Positions 1 to 5,817 of a DNA stretch of 17,594 nucleotides are shown here, piece by piece. The DNA lies in the UHGV virus genome UHGV-2017536. One strand, given 5' to 3'. The notes under the pieces were generated by a model that saw only the letters and a list, made by a program, of their open reading frames with translations, was not told where the DNA came from and ran no database searches. Origin of the DNA: a virus. The translations under genes and the position numbers were made by a program. The first letter of the stretch is position 1; the number at the start of each line of letters is the position of its first letter.

Positions 1-93
1 TTGATTACAATACTTGCCACCCAAATTAGGGAAGCGAAAAATGAGTTGAAAACGACTATAAAAGTGCTTTCCAAATTTGAAAAGCGGTCGTAA
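1..93 (+). CDS. 3' end of a gene that starts upstream of the window (C-terminal ~30 aa, ...IREAKNELKTTIKVLSKFEKRS*). Product unknown.
   Basis: Open frame from the window edge to a TAA at 91-93. The charged, helical-looking tail is the only evidence. Confidence 0.3.
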   Translation: MITILATQIREAKNELKTTIKVLSKFEKRS

Positions 94-140
94 TAGAGAA
101 CGGAATATGGATTTATAGAATGAAACGACTTTTACTCTCT

Positions 141-171
141 TAGGGTATACGGTATTTTACCGTATACCCTA
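141..171. repeat. Near-perfect palindrome TAGGGTATACGGTA-ttt-TACCGTATACCCTA (13-14 bp stem). Candidate bidirectional terminator or operator.
   Basis: Read directly from the sequence. It lies about 50 nt downstream of the partial + strand gene and about 90 nt downstream of the minus-strand gene at 264-497. Confidence 0.7.
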
Positions 172-263
172 ATTCTGCTTAGAATCCCTTTGTGGTGTAA
201 AACAAAATATCTGGGGAAACACAGCAGCCAGACCTTTATATCTCTGTGACAATATAAAGCAAA

Positions 264-497
264 TTATAGTGCAGCTTTTTCTACAAACTTTAGTTCTTTT
301 CCGCATAATTCCAAAATTACATATAGCTGATTGAGAGTAAATCGCTTTGGGTCACTTTTTCGTTCTGCTAGAGATGCCTTACTTAATCCAATATATGCCG
401 CTAATTCATCGTCATTGAAATTGTTTCTAATTTTTGCTTCAGCAACAAGAACGCGAATATCATCAAGTTGCCGCTCCATTTTATTATTTTTTCTCAT
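264..497 (-). CDS. Small HTH-like DNA-binding protein (77 aa). Function unknown.
   Basis: ORF with AAAGGAT 8 nt upstream of the ATG. The segment ELAAYIGLSKASLAERKSDPKRFTLNQLYVILELCG resembles an XRE-type helix-turn-helix. Confidence 0.45.
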   Translation of the reverse strand: MRKNNKMERQLDDIRVLVAEAKIRNNFNDDELAAYIGLSKASLAERKSDPKRFTLNQLYVILELCGKELKFVEKAAL

Positions 498-559
498 TTA
501 AAATATCCTTTGCATTATGAACTATATGTTTACTTTGCTCTTGAATATAGCTAGATTCT

Positions 560-700
560 ATAAAAAGGTCTGCCCAATTTTGAGGAGACCCCAATCCGCT
601 GGTTATGTTTTGGTTTACGCTGGTGCTCATGTTTCTATTAGGTGTCGTGTTTCGCGACACCCTACGGGGGTACGGCGTTCTACAGTACCCTATGCTGCAT
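560..700. other. Cluster of three stem-loops in a 212-bp gap with no credible coding capacity. The stems are GGTCT..AGACC, GGTGTCG-tgtttcg-CGACACC and GGGTAC-ggcgttctaca-GTACCC.
   Basis: Perfect 5-7 bp stems read from the sequence. The overlapping ORFs on both strands (484-732 minus, 517-708 plus) look spurious. Confidence 0.4.
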
Positions 701-709
701 TCGTTTAAG

Positions 710-982
710 TTACATTCCAAATAAATCCGCATGGGTTCCGGTTCGCTGCAACAGCAATTCTGTTTCGGTTTGCTGGTAAATCAATAACCAATCGGGCTGC
801 AAATGGCATTCTCTGTAACCGACATAGTTTCCTGATAAATTATGGTCCTTATTCTTTTCTGGCAATGGGGCCGGGATTCTTAATGTGTCAACTGCATTCT
901 GAAATATGGATACATCAAGGCCGCGTTTCACACAAGTTTTGAAATCTTTCTTGAATCTGGTAGAATACCGCACATCTAACAT
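710..982 (-). CDS. yafQ: Type II toxin, RelE/YafQ family mRNA interferase.
   Basis: The 90-aa product aligns by eye to E. coli YafQ. HNLSGNYVGYRECHLQPDWLLIYQ...LLLQRTGTHADLF matches HPLQGSWKGYRDAHVEPDWILIYK...LRFERTGTHAALF. It sits 2 nt downstream of a DinJ-like antitoxin gene. Confidence 0.8.
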   Translation of the reverse strand: MLDVRYSTRFKKDFKTCVKRGLDVSIFQNAVDTLRIPAPLPEKNKDHNLSGNYVGYRECHLQPDWLLIYQQTETELLLQRTGTHADLFGM

Positions 983-984
983 GG

Positions 985-1194
985 TCAGTCCTCCATCAGT
1001 TCGTTTATAAGGTCCTCGGTGCTTCCGGTAAAAAGATGGCCTCCCCCGTTCTCTAGCTCTGCAAATGCTTCCAATGTTTCAGTATTGGGTATTTCATCCG
1101 GGATAGCAGCTCCTTGGAGATATGGGATTATGAAAACAAGCTTACCTTCGGGAATCTGGTCAATTAAGCTTTTGGCTAAGTCTCTATTACTCAT
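985..1194 (-). CDS. dinJ: Type II antitoxin, RelB/DinJ family.
   Basis: 69 aa. The C-terminal ETLEAFAELENGGGHLFTGSTEDLINEL resembles the toxin-binding tail of DinJ/RelB. It lies immediately upstream of the yafQ-like gene on the same strand. Confidence 0.7.
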   Translation of the reverse strand: MSNRDLAKSLIDQIPEGKLVFIIPYLQGAAIPDEIPNTETLEAFAELENGGGHLFTGSTEDLINELMED

Positions 1195-1221
1195 AGTTTT
1201 AAGCTCCTTTCTGCAATGATA

Positions 1222-1779
1222 TCAAAGTTTTAATTGGCTAAAGTCAATGGAAAAATCCTCATATATGTTGACCTTAACAGAATCGTTGAATCGGTAAATG
1301 GTGGGGGGAGTTTCATTCGGAAAATCATAGACCACAATAATTTCCCTAGCTGGGTCTACAATCCAGTATTCCCGTACCCCCGCGCCCTGATAGAGGGCCA
1401 GCTTTTTATAATAGTCCATCTGGCGGCTGGAAGGGGATACAATTTCTATAATCCAATCCGGCGCACCATTGCAGCCCTTACTGTTCAATTTGTCTTTGTC
1501 GCAAATAACGGATATATCTGGCTCCAGGTAGTTTGTATTATTCTTTTCATCCTCTGCCTGGAGGAACACGGCAAACGGAGCCGGGAATACCTCGCAGGAA
1601 CCATTATTGTTGCGGATGTGGTTTCCTATCTCCAGGTGCAGGAATGACAATGTTCTTTGATGCGCTGTGCTGGGTGGGGCCATGTAATAAATCTGTCCGT
1701 TAATTAGTTCAGCCCGTTCACCTTCTGGCAGATTGTAAATATCGTCAATGGTATGGATTCTTTCTTTTGGTAATGGCAT
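1222..1779 (-). CDS. Uma2-family (DUF820) PD-(D/E)XK putative endonuclease.
   Basis: 185 aa. The family signature PDISVICDKD...APDWIIEIVSPSS...KLALYQGAGVREYWIVDP is present. The start sits 4 nt after the stop of the XRE gene, with GGAAGGAG upstream, so the two form an operon. Confidence 0.85.
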   Translation of the reverse strand: MPLPKERIHTIDDIYNLPEGERAELINGQIYYMAPPSTAHQRTLSFLHLEIGNHIRNNNGSCEVFPAPFAVFLQAEDEKNNTNYLEPDISVICDKDKLNSKGCNGAPDWIIEIVSPSSRQMDYYKKLALYQGAGVREYWIVDPAREIIVVYDFPNETPPTIYRFNDSVKVNIYEDFSIDFSQLKL

Positions 1780-1783
1780 AGGG

Positions 1784-2014
1784 TCACACTCCTTCCTGTG
1801 GATGTGGTTGTTCTGGTATATACTCCATTAGGTCCCCGGGCTGACAACATAGAAGCTGACATAGCTTTTCAAGGGATTCTGTTCCTAAGTTTCCTTTACC
1901 GTTTTTTAAATTGTAGTAAGTTTGTTGGCCGATTATCTTATTTTGACGTAAATAATAGGTTGTTATGTTTTTATCTTCTAATAGTTTGAATAGTTTTTCA
2001 TAGCTTATGGGCAT
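1784..2014 (-). CDS. Small XRE-family HTH transcriptional regulator (76 aa).
   Basis: ISYEKLFKLLEDKNITTYYLRQNKIIGQQTYYNLKNGKGNLGTESLEKLCQLLCCQPGDLMEY is a typical short Cro/C1-type HTH. It is the first gene of a two-gene operon with the Uma2 nuclease. Confidence 0.75.
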   Translation of the reverse strand: MPISYEKLFKLLEDKNITTYYLRQNKIIGQQTYYNLKNGKGNLGTESLEKLCQLLCCQPGDLMEYIPEQPHPQEGV

Positions 2015-2089
2015 TTTGTACCTTCTTTCATTGTCTAATAAGTGTGTCCAAATAATTTAACTCTTTTCATTATATTAATATTATATCAA

Positions 2090-2215
2090 ACGATATACAC
2101 TTTTACAAGTGCACAAAATACACAAATAGCAGCATGAAATATGGTCAAATATTTGTGTATATAGTCAATAGAATATGGTCAAGAAATAGTGTATAATGTA
2201 GTTACAAGGTTAAGA
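2090..2215. promoter_or_regulatory. Divergent promoter and operator region between the XRE gene and the 67-aa gene. It carries direct repeats of AATATGGTCAA, and a -10 TGTATAATG at about 2190 drives the + strand gene.
   Basis: GAAATATGGTCAA and GAATATGGTCAA occur 25 bp apart. TATAAT lies at 2193-2198. A minus-strand TTGTAA-17-TATAAT promoter for the XRE gene lies near 2060-2100. Confidence 0.5.
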
Positions 2216-2397
2216 AAAACAAGAGCAGCCGGGGCAGACAATCCCCCACAAACCTATCAATCGTACCTGTGAGCCGAAAGCAATAGACACGCAAGACTGA
2301 TAGGGGTTGCGGATTCAATTCCGGTGAGGATGTACCAAGGATGGCGAACAATAGCCTGGTGAGAATCAACCATTTATTATGAAAAGGAGATTATGAT

Positions 2398-2601
2398 ATG
2401 AGTACAATGGACTACATTGACATTCAGTGTCCAACTGCTGCGGAAATGTTTGGATTGATGCCAAAAGGCAGTAGCAGGCCATTAAGATTTGAAATATTGG
2501 GGTATGCAGAGTTAGAAGATGGACAGCGCTTCCCGATTTTGGGGAAAATCGTTCCGATTAATAAAACGATTCCTGTCAAGTTGGGAGAAATAGAGAAATA
2601 A
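2398..2601 (+). CDS. Hypothetical 67-aa protein.
   Basis: Strong RBS AAAGGAGATTATGATATG. It is followed by a rho-independent terminator and preceded by an approximately 200-nt leader. Confidence 0.5.
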   Translation: MSTMDYIDIQCPTAAEMFGLMPKGSSRPLRFEILGYAELEDGQRFPILGKIVPINKTIPVKLGEIEK

Positions 2602-2654
2602 TCAAAATCAAAATAAAGCTGATGGAAAAAGATATTAAGATAGGTTAAATTATT

Positions 2655-2693
2655 GAGAACACTGATTTTAAAACAAGATTAGTGTTCTTTTCT
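2655..2693 (+). terminator. Rho-independent terminator AGAACACT-(17 nt)-AGTGTTCT followed by TTTTC.
   Basis: 8-bp perfect stem plus a T-run, 55 nt after the stop of the 67-aa gene. Confidence 0.65.
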
Positions 2694-2847
2694 ATATATC
2701 CAAAAACCCATTCGCATACTTTACGAAAGTAGTGAACGGGCCTTTGGATATATATCATATTTAAGTAAAGGTATTATTTCTTTATATAGTGACCGGAGCT
2801 GTATATTTTGTGCAAGTATTGGATTTTGTTTAATCCGTATTCCATAA

Positions 2848-3069
2848 TTAGATTTCCTTCCGCGCCTGCATCGTGTCACGATTCATTGTTTCGTCTATGG
2901 CACGATTAATAAAGGAATTTAATGTTTCTCCGCTTAATTCAGCATGAGCTTTTATTTCTTCTTTTTTCCCTTTGGGTTTTACGGTTAATTCGATGCGGTC
3001 ATAATTTCGTTTCACATATTCATGCACTGCCTTTTGCTGCGCTTTGCTGATTTTGCTATCCTCTGGCAT
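2848..3069 (-). CDS. Ribbon-helix-helix (CopG/Arc-type) DNA-binding protein.
   Basis: A beta-strand-like YDRIELTVKPKG is followed by the helices KKEEIKAHAELSGETLNSFINRAIDE. The start at 3069 has GAAGGTG 6 nt upstream. The alternative ATG at 3087 has no RBS. Confidence 0.6.
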   Translation of the reverse strand: MPEDSKISKAQQKAVHEYVKRNYDRIELTVKPKGKKEEIKAHAELSGETLNSFINRAIDETMNRDTMQARKEI

Positions 3070-3140
3070 TTTAACACCTTCTTTCATTTTTAGGTAAATA
3101 GAGTGGCGAATAATAAATACACCTTCTCTACCATACCAAT

Positions 3141-3250
3141 ATTATAGCAAAAAAGTCTATTCACGTAAATATACAAAATTCACAAATATATTCACGTAAA
3201 TATATAAATGATGCCAATAGACTATTCACGTGAATAGATATATAATGTAG
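3141..3250. promoter_or_regulatory. Operator and promoter region. It holds two direct copies of TATTCACGTAAATA (3158-3171, 3189-3202) and the perfect palindrome TATTCACGTGAATA (3223-3236), which abuts the -10 TATAAT at 3241-3246.
   Basis: Repeats read from the sequence. The palindromic site overlaps the -35 region of the promoter for the 110-aa gene. Copy 1 overlaps the divergent minus-strand promoter (TATAAT on the minus strand near 3141-3146) of the RHH gene. The pattern suggests autoregulation plus repression of the cargo gene by the RHH protein. Confidence 0.5.
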
Positions 3251-3380
3251 TTATAAGGATGAAACAAACGAACAACCCGAAAAGTTGTGAAGCTGAAAAC
3301 CATATACCTGTAAGTGAGCAATAGAGCAAAACCAATAGCCAGGAAGATGATTCAGCCGGACAAGGAAGGAGACAGAAATC

Positions 3381-3713
3381 ATGAAGTACAATCTTCAAAA
3401 AATCATGCTGAGAGCATGGAGGCTTTACCGGGAGAAAAAAGAACTTTCTTTTGCAGAGTGTTTACACCGGGCATGGTTATCTGCAAAGGCAGAGGCAATC
3501 AACGCAAAGAGAATTGAAGAAGCAAAGGCCACGGCAGGAGTTGAGGAAGAAACAAATACCTGGAACGGCTGGAAGCAGTTAGGATATGAAGTCATTCATG
3601 GAAGCAAGGCCCTGTTTGGTACTGAACTGATATGGGGAAGCCGGGGAGATGGGAAAGCTTATAAGGCCAGATTCTTTGGGCGCTCACAGGTACAGGAAAT
3701 TGCAATAGCATAA
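3381..3713 (+). CDS. Hypothetical 110-aa protein, probably mobile-element cargo.
   Basis: Strong RBS GGAAGGAGACAGAAATCATG. It is followed at 3770-3815 by the hairpin GGGGCCG...CGGCCCC. Confidence 0.55.
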   Translation: MKYNLQKIMLRAWRLYREKKELSFAECLHRAWLSAKAEAINAKRIEEAKATAGVEEETNTWNGWKQLGYEVIHGSKALFGTELIWGSRGDGKAYKARFFGRSQVQEIAIA

Positions 3714-3912
3714 GAAAAAGCCTCTGCCAGTGCTACCAACACTGACAGGGGCCAACGAAACAGCCGGGGCCGTTCCTAATCACATAGGTATATTAGCACG
3801 GCCCCTAATAAAAGTAAAGAGTTGATAGAATAAATAATTTTGGAAAAGTTATTGACTTTTTGGGCTACATGAATTAACATATATTTATGGGCTACAGAAA
3901 GGGGGTGACAGG

Positions 3913-4089
3913 GTGAGTCCAAGGACTGGTAGACCGCCAGCAGAAAAACCTAAATCAAATCCCATCCATGTTCGGCTTGATAATGAAAGCCTTAAAATTC
4001 TTGATAAGTATTGCAAGCAAGAAAATATAAAGCGAACAGAGGGAATACGACAAGGAATTAAATTGCTGGAAGGTAACATGAAAAAATAG
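3913..4089 (+). CDS. CopG-family ribbon-helix-helix protein (58 aa, GTG start).
   Basis: SPRTGRPPAEKPKSNPIHVRLDNESLKILDKYCKQENIKRTEGIRQGIKLLEG matches the PRTGRP...RLxxE...L...C...SRSEAIR pattern of small CopG-like regulators. RBS AAGGGGG, promoter TTGACT-17-TAACAT at 3853-3881, and TGGGCTACA repeated twice upstream. It is absent from the ORF track only because it is shorter than 60 aa. Confidence 0.6.
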   Translation: MSPRTGRPPAEKPKSNPIHVRLDNESLKILDKYCKQENIKRTEGIRQGIKLLEGNMKK

Positions 4090-4270
4090 AAACAGTCGTC
4101 CCCTACCAAAGTTCAGACCGTTTCTATCACTCTATCAATACAGAAGTGTACTGATAAATCTATTCTATCTGTATTTCTGTATTACGTCAAGTAAAATCCC
4201 ATTAAAGGTCTTTAAATAATAAGAGGGTAACTGTGTAATAAGCTCCCCCATTTTTTTAGAAAGAGGTAAA

Positions 4271-4762
4271 TTGAAAATGTATCATTTAATTGATGAAAAA
4301 AGAAGATTATACGCTTGCAACGTGGCAGAAATTACACTGGAGGATTCGTATTGTATATTGCAGTCATGGGGTGGTGAGCATTCGCTATCAGAGGTATTGG
4401 TATTCTATTCCGTGACACAGAACGCAGTTGTTATAAATGAGAATTGCAAGGATTTTAATAGTATTGTTAAGTTATGCCGGGGCTTTTTGGATGCAGATGC
4501 AGAAACATTGGAAGATGTTGAAGCGAGCAACCTTGAAGGAAACACATGGGAGCTGGTTTGTCGTGTGCTGCTGGAAGCAAGAGGGATGATGGACTTTAAA
4601 GACAATATGGATATGCTTTCCCATCAGAAGCCTGGGAAGGAATATAACTTAATGGACTGGCGTACATATAATCACTTGATGCAGGAGCAGCAGTTTTTTA
4701 AGATATTCCAGTATGGCGTTATCATGGGTAAAAGGACTGAACGGGCAAGGAGGGCAAAGTAA
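4271..4762 (+). CDS. Hypothetical 163-aa protein. I recognise no domain.
   Basis: RBS AAAGAGG. Its stop overlaps the start of the next gene (TAAATG), so the two are translationally coupled. Confidence 0.6.
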   Translation: MKMYHLIDEKRRLYACNVAEITLEDSYCILQSWGGEHSLSEVLVFYSVTQNAVVINENCKDFNSIVKLCRGFLDADAETLEDVEASNLEGNTWELVCRVLLEARGMMDFKDNMDMLSHQKPGKEYNLMDWRTYNHLMQEQQFFKIFQYGVIMGKRTERARRAK

Positions 4763-5479
4763 ATGCACTATCCAATTAATATAGAGATGCTTATGGGGAT
4801 GGCCCAGACAGCCGGAATAAGTGACCTGTCAAAGAAGCTTTTAGGGCAGATGGCAAGGGCGTTAAATAATATATATAAGATGGGTATGGAGTATTCAACC
4901 GAGGATTTTGTTTTCACGCCCGAAATCGTAAGGGAAGCGCACCAGAGGGTATATGGTAAGCTTTTAACGAATGAAGAAGCAGACCAGCAATTCTATGAAT
5001 TATTATCTGAATGGGGAAACGATGCGTTTCAGGCAGGTGCAGCTAATGATAAACATACTGTCAGGTTATCCAGTATATCTATTTCCAGAAGAAATTCCGG
5101 TTCAAGGCCAACAAAAAAGAAGATGGAACAGGCTAGGAGGTTCTATGAAAAGTACGGCGTATATAAAAGGGAAATTGTGATTGATGAACACGGGGTATTG
5201 ATGGATGGATATACCACATATCTACTTATGTGTGAACAAGGTAAGGATATGGTTTCAGCAAGACGAATAAAGCGGCAAGGAATTACAGCGGTGTTCAATG
5301 AAGGGGGTAAAGCATATCAGTGGGAAATTCCCTTGAAATTGATAGATAAGATAGCTCCGGGGGATAGGGTGGTAGTGGAAACATTTTATGGACCGCAGCA
5401 AGTGACGGTTAAAGAGATTATCCCTCTTGCCAAAAGAACAGGCCGAAAGGTGAGGCGAATAGGAGAAAAACCGAACTAA
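4763..5479 (+). CDS. Hypothetical 238-aa protein with a central region resembling a degenerate ParB/Srx N-terminal domain.
   Basis: ISISRRNSGSRP...KKKMEQARRFYEKYGVYKREIVIDEHGVLMDGYTTYLLMCEQG follows the ParB-N layout (I..NPxNpR ... SI..xG ... PIvV ... y.iiDGhHRl.A...G). The GHHR arginine box is replaced by GYTT. The domain assignment is an inference. Confidence 0.55.
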   Translation: MHYPINIEMLMGMAQTAGISDLSKKLLGQMARALNNIYKMGMEYSTEDFVFTPEIVREAHQRVYGKLLTNEEADQQFYELLSEWGNDAFQAGAANDKHTVRLSSISISRRNSGSRPTKKKMEQARRFYEKYGVYKREIVIDEHGVLMDGYTTYLLMCEQGKDMVSARRIKRQGITAVFNEGGKAYQWEIPLKLIDKIAPGDRVVVETFYGPQQVTVKEIIPLAKRTGRKVRRIGEKPN

Positions 5480-5525
5480 CCAAAGTCCCAGGATGTCATT
5501 TATATATGGCAGACTGGGGCATTTT

Positions 5526-5547
5526 TTTGACTAACATTTGACTAACA
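5526..5547. repeat. Arm-type direct repeats (P arm), two tandem copies of TTTGACTAACA.
   Basis: The same 11-mer recurs three times at 5788-5817 on the other side of the tRNA-derived core. The arrangement is typical of integrase arm-type binding sites. Confidence 0.6.
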
Positions 5548-5600
5548 AAGTTGTATTAAGAAAAATTGGGAGAAAATAGAATATAGCCTTGAAATGGCCT

Positions 5601-5726
5601 AAATACGTACTTTTTTGAATATCGCAACTCAAGAAAACGTGTTAAAAATACCGATTTTTAAAATTCGTAATGCGTGGGTCGCCGGTTCGAGTCCGGCCAG
5701 TGGCTTGATTGAAAAAGTACGTATTT
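5601..5726. repeat. Inverted repeat AAATACGTACTTTTTT (5601-5616) / AAAAAGTACGTATTT (5712-5726) bracketing the tRNA-derived core.
   Basis: 15-16 bp arms with one indel, 95 bp apart. Read from the sequence. Confidence 0.55.
5671..5705 (+). other. attP core candidate. It is the 3'-terminal part of a tRNA gene: variable region, T-stem GCCGG, T-loop TTCGAGT, CCGGC, acceptor 3' strand CAGTGGC and discriminator T. There is no matching 5' half.
   Basis: A canonical T-arm and acceptor 3' strand are present. The complementary acceptor 5' strand GCCACTG does not occur anywhere upstream, so this is a fragment and not a tRNA gene. Confidence 0.6.
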
Positions 5727-5756
5727 ACAAGGAAATTTGAAGATTTAAGCAAAAAG

Positions 5757-5786
5757 AAAAACCGTCCGATGTGGGCGGTTTTCTTG
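5757..5786. terminator. Hairpin AACCGTCC-gatgt-GGGCGGTT flanked by A-runs and T-runs. It is a likely bidirectional terminator, for the integrase gene on the minus strand and the tRNA-like fragment on the plus strand.
   Basis: 8-bp stem with one G-U pair. T-rich tracts lie on both strands. Confidence 0.5.
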
Positions 5787-5787
5787 A

Positions 5788-5817
5788 TTTGACTAACATT
5801 TGACTAACATTGACTAA
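5788..5817. repeat. Arm-type direct repeats (P' arm): TTTGACTAACA TTTGACTAACA TTGACTAA. The last copy overlaps the integrase stop codon.
   Basis: Read from the sequence. Same motif as 5526-5547. Confidence 0.6.

Noticed and set aside
1019-1647. Plus-strand ORFs overlapping dinJ and the Uma2 gene
   Set aside because: They lie antisense to genes with clear family signatures, and nothing supports them.
3885-4109. 74-aa minus-strand ORF
   Set aside because: It overlaps the CopG-like RHH gene on the + strand, which has a promoter, an RBS and a recognisable fold. The minus ORF is low-complexity.
5630-5710. Complete tRNA gene
   Set aside because: Only the T-arm, the acceptor 3' strand and a discriminator are present. 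The complementary acceptor 5' strand (GCCACTG) and a D-arm or anticodon arm are absent upstream. It is therefore called an att-core fragment and not a tRNA.
5526-5817. CRISPR-like array of TTTGACTAACA repeats
   Set aside because: The copies are tandem with no spacers and are split across the two sides of a tRNA-derived core next to an integrase. They are arm-type recombinase sites, not a CRISPR array.
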